A stretch of 64,000 bases of DNA from a virus: positions 4,999-68,998 of the IMG/VR virus record IMGVR_UViG_3300045988_125828, one strand, 5' to 3'. Shown in pieces: positions 17,643 to 26,888 of this stretch; the first letter of the stretch is position 1, and each line of letters begins with the position of its first letter. The notes under the pieces are model-generated. The model searched no databases. It was not told where the DNA came from and was given only the letters and a program-made list of their open reading frames with translations. A program made the translations under genes and the position numbers.

Positions 17643-18257
17643 TTGTATTATTATATACATATAAAACATACTAATATGAAAAAGATTTTATTATTAATGG
17701 TAATCGTATTGCCGATGTCGATGTATTCACAAGACGTGGATAATCAATCTTCAAAAGAGAAAACCAAAATGGAGCAATTTATATCTGACACAGGCATGTC
17801 AATTAAACTTATTGACACAGTAGTGGATGGGCTGGTGGGTAATTACATGTTTACATCCTACAAATCTGAGAATTGCGTCAGAGAAGTTGTAAAAGGAAAT
17901 GAATCGAAGTATTTTTACAGAATAGAACGCAAAGCTAAAGACGGAGATGGGGGATGTGCTTTTATAGAATATGAAGACTTAAAGGAAATAATAAACGCTA
18001 TTAAGTCTATGAGAGATGATATTAAAACTGACGTTTTAAAAGAAGCGGACTATTTGGAGAATAAATTCATGACCGATGATTATTTCGTAGTAGGATATTA
18101 TGTTAAAAAGAAAAAGGTGACATGGTTTATTAGATTGGAGAAGTATGGCTCTAATAAGTATTTGTATTTCAACGATAAGGGAGAAGACGGAGGCGATTAC
18201 ATCCTTAGCAATTTTGAAAAAGCGTGTTCTGTTATTGAAGGGATGATTAATAAATAA
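17643..18257 (+). CDS. secreted protein (moron)
   Basis: From ATG 17676, MKKILLLMVIVLPMSMYSQ is a signal peptide. Plus-strand gene embedded in the minus-strand tail module. Confidence 0.6.
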   Translation: MYYYIHIKHTNMKKILLLMVIVLPMSMYSQDVDNQSSKEKTKMEQFISDTGMSIKLIDTVVDGLVGNYMFTSYKSENCVREVVKGNESKYFYRIERKAKDGDGGCAFIEYEDLKEIINAIKSMRDDIKTDVLKEADYLENKFMTDDYFVVGYYVKKKKVTWFIRLEKYGSNKYLYFNDKGEDGGDYILSNFEKACSVIEGMINK

Positions 18258-18307
18258 GACAAAGCAACAAGTATTTTCCTTCATAATTAATTAATAATAC
18301 ATAAATC

Positions 18308-18982
18308 ATGAAAAAAATATTGTTTATGACGGCTTGGGTGGCCTTATACCTAATTTCGTTTGCTTCTTGTTCTTCTGACAATGAAGAAAATCTACAAAAT
18401 CTTAATTCTTCAAATTTAATCGGGGTATGGGAGAGCGGTGATTATTTTATATCTTTTAATAAAGATGGATTTTATGCGGCTTATTTGGATGAAAAGTTTA
18501 TTGATTCAGGGGCATATACGATAAATAAGAATAGTGTACTATGCGTAAATCCTTATAAGGTAAGTAAGACTAATTACAGTATGAGTCTTGCAAACGAGGA
18601 ATTAACAGCGGATATTTCATATACAGGCGTAAATGGTATCTCGCTAAATAAAAAAATTATTTTTTCAAAATCAAAAAAAGCTGTTGTAGATAAAAGTAAT
18701 CCAGTCATAAGCAAAGAGTTTGTTCATATAAATGCTCCTTACGGGTTTTGTACAACAAGGTTTGATACTTATAATACAGCCACATATTCTACGGATGAGT
18801 TTAAACCAAGAATACAAAACTGGTTTTATTTCTTTTTTAATTCTAAGATATATGTCCAGAAATTTAAACCGGAAACGGCAGGAGTTAGCTTGTTTTATGA
18901 AGGATGTGACACAGGGGATGTTTTTATATACAATGTTACATTTGATTCAGATGGACAGATAGAAAATATTGATATTTTATAA
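18308..18982 (+). CDS. lipoprotein, possibly surface-exposed (moron)
   Basis: MKKILFMTAWVALYLISFASC lipobox followed by SSDNEEN. Acidic residues after the +1 Cys resemble the Bacteroidetes lipoprotein export signal. Confidence 0.7.
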   Translation: MKKILFMTAWVALYLISFASCSSDNEENLQNLNSSNLIGVWESGDYFISFNKDGFYAAYLDEKFIDSGAYTINKNSVLCVNPYKVSKTNYSMSLANEELTADISYTGVNGISLNKKIIFSKSKKAVVDKSNPVISKEFVHINAPYGFCTTRFDTYNTATYSTDEFKPRIQNWFYFFFNSKIYVQKFKPETAGVSLFYEGCDTGDVFIYNVTFDSDGQIENIDIL

Positions 18983-19036
18983 AGTGTACTTTCTGAAGCA
19001 ATTGCGTTCTTATGCAATTCACACCATAATCAGGGC

Positions 19037-19061
19037 AAGCGGAGGAAACTCCGCTTTTCTT
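19037..19061 (+). terminator. intrinsic terminator
   Basis: AAGCGGAG-GAAA-CTCCGCTT (8-bp stem, GNRA loop) followed by TTCTT. Confidence 0.65.
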
Positions 19062-19180
19062 GCCTTACATATTTTCGTTCTATCTTTCTAAAATTACTAT
19101 TGTTAAAAAACTGATTTATTGGTTATTTATTTGCTTATTCGTTCTATCTTTCTTATATTTGCATATCAAATAGCGCTATA

Positions 19181-19429
19181 ATGAGTAATTGGAGCGAAAA
19201 ACAAGAAGCGAAGAAAGAGGGCAAGGAAAAGGATAAGGTAAGGCGTGAAAAACTTGCAGGATTCTTTTTTAATTTGGCGCAAGTTTCTTTCACTGTATTA
19301 TCTTTGGGATTGGCAATAACCCTTGTGAAAGAAGAACTTTATGATAACATTTTATTAATTGTTCTTGTTTCTATGGGAATTATACTTACGGTATTATTTG
19401 CAAAAATAGGTAATAACATTTTAAGATAA
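19181..19429 (+). CDS. small membrane protein (2 TM)
   Basis: 82 aa with a Lys/Glu-rich N-terminus followed by two hydrophobic helices. TATATTTG -7 box at 19154-19161. Confidence 0.55.
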   Translation: MSNWSEKQEAKKEGKEKDKVRREKLAGFFFNLAQVSFTVLSLGLAITLVKEELYDNILLIVLVSMGIILTVLFAKIGNNILR

Positions 19430-19434
19430 ATATT

Positions 19435-19536
19435 ATGGTTGCATTATATGGGTTTGGGCTTATAACAGTAATAACTGTTGCCTTTTGGATTTATACAGAA
19501 ACTCCCTCCGGTAAAAAGTGGATAAAAGGGTTGTGA
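19435..19536 (+). CDS. micro membrane peptide (33 aa)
   Basis: MVALYGFGLITVITVAFWIYTETPSGKKWIKGL. Paralogous to the next micro-ORF (shared SGKKW motif). Confidence 0.35.
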   Translation: MVALYGFGLITVITVAFWIYTETPSGKKWIKGL

Positions 19537-19540
19537 TTAT

Positions 19541-19645
19541 ATGGATGGATTGACAATATTATTTATATTTACGAGTATAATAGGGGGAGGTTTTGCACTT
19601 TGGCTTAAAACCAAGTCAGGCAAGAAGTGGCTTGCAAGCTTATAA
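19541..19645 (+). CDS. micro membrane peptide (34 aa)
   Basis: MDGLTILFIFTSIIGGGFALWLKTKSGKKWLASL. Starts 4 nt after its paralog. Confidence 0.35.
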   Translation: MDGLTILFIFTSIIGGGFALWLKTKSGKKWLASL

Positions 19646-19682
19646 ATTGACTATTATTTAGATAAAACAATAAAGCCAGACA

Positions 19683-20189
19683 CTACATCTGGCTTTTTCT
19701 TTGCAATACATCTCCCTCGGTTTCTACTACACAGTCCTCTCCATGAATATATACATATACAGATGCTATTCCTTTTTGAATTACGTTTACCTTTGCCCGG
19801 TCATACACGTTAATGAATATCTTGCAATACTGAGAACAGTCAATAGTCACTTCGCTATCATGACGGACATACAAATCACATATAGAGAAACCGTCAAATA
19901 GGAGAGTACCTTTACAGCTTCCGTTCAGTACGGCTGTGTGGCTCATATTTCGCTTTTGTACATCTTCATCAACAAAAATGTTGTTTTTGTGAAGAATATC
20001 CCTATCGAAGTTTTCCTTTATGAAAGTATTGGTAGGGTACCCTTTGTCTATACAGAAATCAATCCCATGCAAATACTTGTCAATTAACGCTTGTTGATCG
20101 GGAGAACCCCATTGTTCCGTCCATTCCGTACATAATCCCAGCGATACCGCTTGGTTGAGTAATGTTCTGCTTAAATCCTTGTCGTTCAT
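19683..20189 (-). CDS. hypothetical protein directly downstream of the tape measure
   Basis: 168-aa Cys-containing ORF with no motif recognised. Starts 4 nt after the tape measure stop. Confidence 0.6.
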   Translation of the reverse strand: MNDKDLSRTLLNQAVSLGLCTEWTEQWGSPDQQALIDKYLHGIDFCIDKGYPTNTFIKENFDRDILHKNNIFVDEDVQKRNMSHTAVLNGSCKGTLLFDGFSICDLYVRHDSEVTIDCSQYCKIFINVYDRAKVNVIQKGIASVYVYIHGEDCVVETEGDVLQRKSQM

Positions 20190-20193
20190 AATT

Positions 20194-23100
20194 TTATATA
20201 TTAATCTTTCGTTTTCCTTTGTCTATAACCATACCCACTAATCCCATAAACTCCTTTAACACAGCCAAGTTGGCTTCTGTGTTTTGAGCACTTCTTAGCG
20301 TATTGTTAGCTATCGCTCTTAATTGCGTTAGTTGCTGTTCTGCGAGAATATTGTACTTTGGGAAAATTTCATTTCCTAATTTTTCAAGAAGAGCACGTTT
20401 TACACTTACATCCTGTCGGATGCTATTGAGATAGGAGTTGGTTCTGTTCATAGTGTCCTCACTGGCTTGGATGCCCGTTTTTGACATTCCGGATGTGGAA
20501 GATTCCCCGGTAGCTGTAAGCGCTCCTCCGGTAGCTTTATCAAAGGCTTCAAGGAAAGATTGCGAGGCATCTATCATGGCTTTCCCCTCATTGTCGAAAA
20601 AGTCTTTTATAGCCCCTGCTGCAACAGCGCCATTGTCTTGAATATCTGTAAACTCCTTAAACAGGCCTTTTTCTCCGAAAAGTTTATCCTGTAACTTTTC
20701 AAACATGGGCTGTATTACCAAGTTCTTTAATATGTTGTTGGCAACACTTCGCATGATGTTGTTCACTACGTTGTCAAAAGCCTGCGCTGCATCTTCTCCG
20801 TTGGCAAAGGCTTCCGTTAGCGCATCGCTTATCTGACTTGCCCAATCCTGAAAATCTATTCCGTACAAATCTTTGGTGAGATCTTCCACGAAATAGGCGA
20901 TTTGCTCGTTCAGTTCCGCAAGCTGGTTCTTATAGTCTTGTATCTTTCCTGCATCAGATTTCTTTTTCCCTTCTTCGTTTCTTAATTGTCCCTCTATCTC
21001 TGCACGTTGAGAAACAAGTCCCACGTATTGGGCCTGATATTGTTTAAGGACGCTGTTATCAAGTTCCTTTCCCACACCAACCTTTTCCAATGCCTCCAGC
21101 GCTTCCTTGTCTACACCTATTTTAAAGTTTAATCCCATAAAACGCTGCATCCCGGCTGGGAGGCTCTCCATTGATTTTATCCGTTTTTTTAATTCTTCCA
21201 CATAGTCCAAACCCTCGTCCTTTAATACTCGGAATTGCATTTTATAGCTTTCGGTAAGCGAACTCCCGGCGCGTTTAACTTGTTCTTCCAACTGTTCATA
21301 TAGCAATATGGCACGCTCTATGCTTTCATCTCCACCAAGCGATCTATCTATGGATTTTCCTAATTGATCGTAGGCGGACTTTAATTCCTCAACTCTTTGT
21401 TTGCTACGCTGGATACTTCTTTCAAGTCTTTTGTCATGTAGTTGCGCAATGCCGGAAATAAGGCTTAACGCTGCACCTGCTGCTGCTCCCCAAGGACCTG
21501 CTGATGCCCCGAATAAAGAAGTCGCCATTCCCATGCCTTGCGATGCTCCTTGCATCCCTCCTCCCAAAATTCCAGCAGCATCTGAAAGGCCTGTTCCCAG
21601 TCCAATATTTTCAAACACTCCTCCTAAGAAATCCGCAGCTCCTGCAAGCGCATCAAACTTACCGATTACGCCTTGTATGGCCTTTGACTGGTCGGAATAA
21701 GCCGAACTCAAATCATTTTCCGCTGCGTCTATTTCTGCCTTAGAAGCTCCGCTGCTCTTCAATGCTTCCAGCCTGTTTTTAGCCTCCTTAATGCTGCTAA
21801 AAGAGGCCTCCAACGCCTTGAACGGACTTCGTTCTGCAAATTCTCCACGAAGCTTACGCAACGCCTCTACCAATTCTTTGGTATCTTCGATTGATAATCC
21901 TTGCTTTTGGGAAAATTCCTCTACCTTAGAAATCATGTCGTCTAACGTAGATGTAGATACCCGGTCAAGGTCATCAAAGATACGCACCCAGTCACTGCTT
22001 TCCTTGAATTGATCGAATAGCACAGACGATGTATCTTCTTGCGCCCGCTTGTTTACTTCTTTTACAAGGGTGTCGGCCTCTTTGCTGCCTATGCTTTCCC
22101 TGTTTTTCTCTATATCTGCAATGCTCTTTTGGCGGTTACGTTCAATATCTTCTATCTTTTGGGAATAGTCTTTATAATCTTCTATCATGCCTGAAAGGTT
22201 TTCAATGCTTTCAGACCGCATTTTCTTGCCCTCCTCGCTTATTGCTTGATACAGCTTTAAAATCTGTCCTTCTCCGAATTGCTTCTTTACGTCATCCTCT
22301 TTCATGGCAAGGACATCAGTAATGGAAAGCTTGCTTCCTGTCTTTTTTAGGGCATCTCCAAGCTGATTGCGGAAATCTTCAACAATGCTTTCAAATGATA
22401 TGTTTTCACCGAAAGCAATGTTCATGGAAAGTGCTTTGTTTCCGGTCGCTTCAAATAGCTTTTTATACAAGTCCCATTTCTCTCCGGCTTGAGAGACATA
22501 TTTCTCTATTTCCTTTAAGGCGTTATCGGCTTCTTTTTTTGCGTTTTCAATCTGCTCTTTGTCTATCTTAACGCCAAGAGAAACATATAAATCTTTTTGC
22601 TTCTCCTTGCTTTGATCCAGCTGGTTTTGGATATACTTGTACGCCTTACTCGGATCGCTCAAGTCTAAATTTACCCCCTTGCTATCAAATACTGGTGCAA
22701 ATTCGGGTATATTCTTTACTCTTTGGGCGGCCGATTCTTCCCCCTCTATTTTCCTCCATTTCTCGTAGCTGGAAATAGCTTTTTCTATGAGGTCGGAACG
22801 ATTCTTCCATTGCTCGGCAATAGGGTCTTTTTCACTTCCGGATGATTTGCCTAATACACCAAGAGTATCCATTATCTTTTTTGACACATCAAATACTTTT
22901 TGTGCATTACGTATAGTGACTTCGGAATACGGATTCCCCTTTTTGAAACTATTTAAGACCTTATCTGCATTTTCTCTTTCCTCTTTTACTCGCTTGGCGT
23001 ATTCTTCATATGCTTCATCATCTTTAGGTATAAGACTATTTATACCGTCCGCCATACTTTTCGCCACAGTAAACCATGAGGATTTAGTATTTTCTTCTAC

Positions 23101-25209
23101 TTCATTGGTAATAGACAATATGGTTGAAAAATCCTCTTTTGCTTCTTTTACAAGTGAACGGGCTATTTCTAATTGGGCTTTTGCATCTTTAAGCATTTGG
23201 GTATTCATGATGTGCCCGTCGCTTGCCACAGAATAAAGTTCTGCATCTTTAACTCCTCTTTCTGCATCAATTAGTCCCTGGTAAGCTCTTTCTAAATTTA
23301 TTCTTGATGTTTCTCGCGCAGTAGTTCTTGCTGCTCTATTAGACATATTTAATAGCTCAATTTGCCCTTTTAGCAAAGATTGCTCATAAGACATATTTTT
23401 AAAAATAGAAGGATATATCCCTTGAAGCTTTTCATAAGCCATCCGTCTCTCATCCACAGCTTTGGATGTATCAAACATTGTGGATATATAACTGTTGGCT
23501 TTGTTTTTTGCTTCTGATATTTTTTCGTTTTGTTCTTGGACTTGAACATTAAATTCACGTATTGTTTCTGCGGCACTTTTAGTCTTTTCTCTTAAAGTGA
23601 AATATAGTCCAGTAAATGCACCCAGGGCAGTGATTAATATCATCCAAGGATTGGCTGCTGTAACTGCATTTAATATACCTTGTGCTACTGCTTGAGATTT
23701 TGTTACAGCAGTCAGTCCTTGCATCGCTCTCGTCATATTTATTATATTGGTAAGCGTGTTTATTGTAATTGTAGCTTTATGAGCCGCATTTACTGCTATG
23801 ACTGCTGTTTTATAAAAGCCATAAGCTCCTACAAGAGAGCTAAGGATAGCTGCTACCGCCTTCCAATGTTTCATCAGCTTGGTAAGTATTTCCAAACTAT
23901 CAGAAAGGACGCCGCTATTACCCTCTGCAATGTCAGCCATCATTACATCCCAAGCGTCTTGCAAGTTACTCCATTTACCCGCAAGACTTTCTGCGAGGGC
24001 TTCCTGCATATTGTAGAATTTCCCACCTTCATTGGTTAACTCCCAAAGGACATCTTTCACCATGCCAAAGCTGACTTCTTTTCGGCTGATCTTATCGAAT
24101 ACATCTCCGGCGGAGGTTGCTTCTCCTGTCAATTTGGTAAACTTCTTCGCCAGCTCATCAACTAACGGAATGCCTGCTTCTGTGAACTGTCTAAGTTCTT
24201 GTCCGCGAAGAAACGCAGCACTACGAACTTGTCCGTATGCCAATATGATACGTCCCATATCAACACCGACACCCGCGGAAATATCAGCAAGCCGCTTAGT
24301 CGTATCGTAAAGCTCTTCGTAGGGGATACTATATGCAGAAAGCTGTTTTGCGTATGACGCTAATTCCTTAAACTGGAACGGGGAAGCCACCGCTAACTCC
24401 TTGATGCGGTTGAATATCGTTTCAGCTTTCACACTATCCCCGATAATGGAGGTCAGTGCGATGCGTTGTTTTTGGAACTCCCCACCAATGGTATATAATC
24501 CCCTAATAAAACGTTCTGCCGTATATATGGAATACACGTTGGCGATTTGATTTCTTAACTCTCCGGCTATTCGAGACTGGGAAGACATGGTTGTATTTGC
24601 CCGCTTCATAGCGGAATTATGCGTATCTGCGGCTTTTGCTGCTTGCAAACGGGCGTTTCTAAGCTGCTCAAGGGCCTTTTGAGAGTTGGCGTAAGCGTCT
24701 GTACGTTTCATTTGGGAATTAGCATAAGCATCCGCACGAATTATTGAAGATGCTGCTTTAACGGCTCTTAATTCTGCCTCGGATTGTTCACGCCCCCTTT
24801 TTAGACTGGCATTTAACTGTTCTCGCTCTTTCTTAATACTGGCATCTAATTGCTCTCGTTCCCTCCTAATGTCTTGAAGAACCTTTTTGTATGTCACATC
24901 AGCATCCATGCGTACTGTTGTTGCAAATCCCTTGATTCCTCTTAGCTCATTAGAAGTCATTCCTTTCCCCTTAAACGCCTCTGTAAAATTCTTGATACTC
25001 TCACTATCCACCTCAAGCTTCACCTTGTACGTCTTGTTTTTCAGCAAGGAATCTACTTTATCCTCAATCTCTTTTACATCAACCTTCAATCCTACTTTCG
25101 CGCTGACGGTTGCGTGCATGTTGACGAGCTTTTTTTTGATAGCTTCGTATTCCTGTTCTGTATAATTTTTCAGGTGAATCCCAAAATTTAAATTTCCGAG
25201 GTCTTCCAT
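20194..25209 (-). CDS. tail tape measure protein
   Basis: 1671 aa with long coiled-coil stretches and central hydrophobic/Gly-Ala segments. Located after the chaperone pair. Confidence 0.9.
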   Translation of the reverse strand: MEDLGNLNFGIHLKNYTEQEYEAIKKKLVNMHATVSAKVGLKVDVKEIEDKVDSLLKNKTYKVKLEVDSESIKNFTEAFKGKGMTSNELRGIKGFATTVRMDADVTYKKVLQDIRREREQLDASIKKEREQLNASLKRGREQSEAELRAVKAASSIIRADAYANSQMKRTDAYANSQKALEQLRNARLQAAKAADTHNSAMKRANTTMSSQSRIAGELRNQIANVYSIYTAERFIRGLYTIGGEFQKQRIALTSIIGDSVKAETIFNRIKELAVASPFQFKELASYAKQLSAYSIPYEELYDTTKRLADISAGVGVDMGRIILAYGQVRSAAFLRGQELRQFTEAGIPLVDELAKKFTKLTGEATSAGDVFDKISRKEVSFGMVKDVLWELTNEGGKFYNMQEALAESLAGKWSNLQDAWDVMMADIAEGNSGVLSDSLEILTKLMKHWKAVAAILSSLVGAYGFYKTAVIAVNAAHKATITINTLTNIINMTRAMQGLTAVTKSQAVAQGILNAVTAANPWMILITALGAFTGLYFTLREKTKSAAETIREFNVQVQEQNEKISEAKNKANSYISTMFDTSKAVDERRMAYEKLQGIYPSIFKNMSYEQSLLKGQIELLNMSNRAARTTARETSRINLERAYQGLIDAERGVKDAELYSVASDGHIMNTQMLKDAKAQLEIARSLVKEAKEDFSTILSITNEVEENTKSSWFTVAKSMADGINSLIPKDDEAYEEYAKRVKEERENADKVLNSFKKGNPYSEVTIRNAQKVFDVSKKIMDTLGVLGKSSGSEKDPIAEQWKNRSDLIEKAISSYEKWRKIEGEESAAQRVKNIPEFAPVFDSKGVNLDLSDPSKAYKYIQNQLDQSKEKQKDLYVSLGVKIDKEQIENAKKEADNALKEIEKYVSQAGEKWDLYKKLFEATGNKALSMNIAFGENISFESIVEDFRNQLGDALKKTGSKLSITDVLAMKEDDVKKQFGEGQILKLYQAISEEGKKMRSESIENLSGMIEDYKDYSQKIEDIERNRQKSIADIEKNRESIGSKEADTLVKEVNKRAQEDTSSVLFDQFKESSDWVRIFDDLDRVSTSTLDDMISKVEEFSQKQGLSIEDTKELVEALRKLRGEFAERSPFKALEASFSSIKEAKNRLEALKSSGASKAEIDAAENDLSSAYSDQSKAIQGVIGKFDALAGAADFLGGVFENIGLGTGLSDAAGILGGGMQGASQGMGMATSLFGASAGPWGAAAGAALSLISGIAQLHDKRLERSIQRSKQRVEELKSAYDQLGKSIDRSLGGDESIERAILLYEQLEEQVKRAGSSLTESYKMQFRVLKDEGLDYVEELKKRIKSMESLPAGMQRFMGLNFKIGVDKEALEALEKVGVGKELDNSVLKQYQAQYVGLVSQRAEIEGQLRNEEGKKKSDAGKIQDYKNQLAELNEQIAYFVEDLTKDLYGIDFQDWASQISDALTEAFANGEDAAQAFDNVVNNIMRSVANNILKNLVIQPMFEKLQDKLFGEKGLFKEFTDIQDNGAVAAGAIKDFFDNEGKAMIDASQSFLEAFDKATGGALTATGESSTSGMSKTGIQASEDTMNRTNSYLNSIRQDVSVKRALLEKLGNEIFPKYNILAEQQLTQLRAIANNTLRSAQNTEANLAVLKEFMGLVGMVIDKGKRKINI

Positions 25210-25217
25210 GTCGATTG

Positions 25218-25475
25218 TTATTTTGTGTCCTTTTTAATAGCGTTAACGCCGTTTACTATAAAATCATTAAGAGATATTCTTTGTCCTTTAGCTTCCTGCT
25301 CTTTCCTTTTTGCCTCCCATTTTCTTGTCAGCTCTTTCATCTCTTTGGAAGTGTGCATTCCCTTGTCTGTCTTATCGTCATTATTGTACACTACAATAGG
25401 AGCATCACATATAAGAAGCTCATACAGAGCATTGGTAAGCACCCAGTCCATGTACCAGTTAGGGATATTCACCAT
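25218..25475 (-). CDS. tail assembly chaperone, -1 frame extension (GT-like)
   Basis: Lies in the -1 frame relative to 25502-26029. That frame stays open for more than 40 codons upstream through the overlap. Confidence 0.55.
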   Translation of the reverse strand: MVNIPNWYMDWVLTNALYELLICDAPIVVYNNDDKTDKGMHTSKEMKELTRKWEAKRKEQEAKGQRISLNDFIVNGVNAIKKDTK

Positions 25476-25501
25476 TCCCCAAAAGAGAACGAGAGGGCGG
25501 G

Positions 25502-26029
25502 TTAATTCGGGATGTTTTTCTCCGTTTGCAAAGGCTGCTCCTGCCGAAGTTCTTGAAGGATACGATCTGCTTCCTTTCTCGTCATCGTCATCACTGTGTC
25601 CTTCATTCCTGTCAAGAACATGGTAATGTTCAAGTATTGAAGTCTCTGAAATTCCACTTTTTTTTTACCAAGAGCAACGACACTTGTCAGTTCTTGGTCC
25701 GTATATTTCTTCCACAGAATGCGCCAATGTATCCAATGGAAAAGCCTTATTTTCCACCAGTTATTCAGGATTATAAGGGACGCACATCGGGCTGTCACCT
25801 CATCGTCTTGTTTGCATGATATAAAGGTGTGCGTCAGCTTTCTTATCGTTCCCCGGTGAAGCCACTTTATTCCAATCTCCTTTTCGCGAAGAGATACATA
25901 GTCTGTGCTGTTCTCAAGCACTTCATCAAGTCTTTCCTGTTCTACCGAAGTAGGTTGAGTTATCGTTTTGTCGTTCATAATGTTTTGAGGTGTAAAAAGA
26001 AAAGGCGGCGGCATAAAGCTCACCGCCAT
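25502..26029 (-). CDS. tail assembly chaperone (G-like)
   Basis: Sits between the major tail protein and the tape measure. Likely start is Met at 25978 (MNDKTITQ), because the upstream part overlaps a hairpin. Confidence 0.55.
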   Translation of the reverse strand: MAVSFMPPPFLFTPQNIMNDKTITQPTSVEQERLDEVLENSTDYVSLREKEIGIKWLHRGTIRKLTHTFISCKQDDEVTARCASLIILNNWWKIRLFHWIHWRILWKKYTDQELTSVVALGKKKVEFQRLQYLNITMFLTGMKDTVMTMTRKEADRILQELRQEQPLQTEKNIPN

Positions 26030-26034
26030 TAATA

Positions 26035-26298
26035 TTAGGTACCAGTACCAGCCTGTGTAACTTCTACTGCTGCTGCTTTGCTTGCGGTAGAAATGTTCAC
26101 AATGGCAGTTCTGACAGATGCTCCATTATTTGCATCAACCTTGACCGTTACCACTTTGCCGCTTACGGAAGTCTTGCACCATGTTTCTGTTGATGAAGCA
26201 GATACTGGGCTTTCTTCTGTTGTAGCTGTAATGGTCTTCCCTGTATTATCAGCGCTGCTGACGAAAGACAGGGAAGTAGGAGCTACGGTCAGGAGGCT
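26035..26298 (-). CDS. Ig-like (BACON/Big-like) domain in the -1 frame of the major tail protein gene
   Basis: 87 codons open with no start codon: SLLTVAPTSLSFVSSADNTGKTITATTEESPVSASSTETWCKTSVSGKVVTVKVDANNGASVRTAIVNISTASKAAAVEVTQAGTGT. Reached from A AAA AAA at 26304-26298. Confidence 0.6.
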   Translation of the reverse strand, partial: SLLTVAPTSLSFVSSADNTGKTITATTEESPVSASSTETWCKTSVSGKVVTVKVDANNGASVRTAIVNISTASKAAAVEVTQAGTGT

Positions 26299-26858
26299 TT
26301 TTTTGTTAAGAACGCGATATTGTCGTCAGAAGCAGCAGTGGACGCTGCACCGTCTTCAATTTCAATCGTTCCACTAAGCGCAAATGCAAACGGAGTGGTG
26401 GATGCGTTCTCGAACAACGGGCGTGCGTAGATAGCCATTTTCTTAACCAATATACACTTCTCTCCGTCTTCGCTCAACAACGCAAAGCCTGCATTAATCT
26501 TCTTGCTGTTCAGAGTTACGGATATTCCGGAATACTCTTGTCCGTTTACGGAAGCAGTTGCTACCTTGTTGGCTTCTCCGAGGAAGAAGCTAACCAAATC
26601 CTCGCTTATACTCGGTACGGTAGCCGCAAATGTAATGTCACCTGCTGTACTTGTTACAGCCCAGTCCGCTTGAAGTCCATGCACCTTTGTACGGTTCAAC
26701 GTGGGTTCTGCTTGGGACAGGTTCAGGGAATCCACAGTAACGGGCAAGTCAAAATCCGGCTCCACTGTTGCAAAGTCAGTAATACCACCCTTTACCAGCA
26801 TGATAGAAGAAAGACCGCTAAACACTTCTTTCAACTCTTGTTTTGATTTCATTGCCAT
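26289..26858 (-). CDS. major tail protein
   Basis: 189 aa, positioned upstream of the chaperone pair and tape measure. Ends ..FLTKKAS over an A7 slippery run. Confidence 0.65.
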   Translation of the reverse strand: MAMKSKQELKEVFSGLSSIMLVKGGITDFATVEPDFDLPVTVDSLNLSQAEPTLNRTKVHGLQADWAVTSTAGDITFAATVPSISEDLVSFFLGEANKVATASVNGQEYSGISVTLNSKKINAGFALLSEDGEKCILVKKMAIYARPLFENASTTPFAFALSGTIEIEDGAASTAASDDNIAFLTKKAS

Positions 26859-26888
26859 AATAAAAAGTTTTAATCGTTTATTTTATGT

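Noticed and set aside
20438-25165. Many 60-150-aa plus-strand ORFs inside the tape measure gene (for example 21401-21700, 22787-23236, 23680-24039)
   Set aside because: They lie antisense to a 1671-aa ORF that is clearly coding. Their low-complexity Ser/Leu/Pro-rich translations are what the reverse strand of a Lys/Glu/Ala-rich gene produces. No promoters or independent signals support them.
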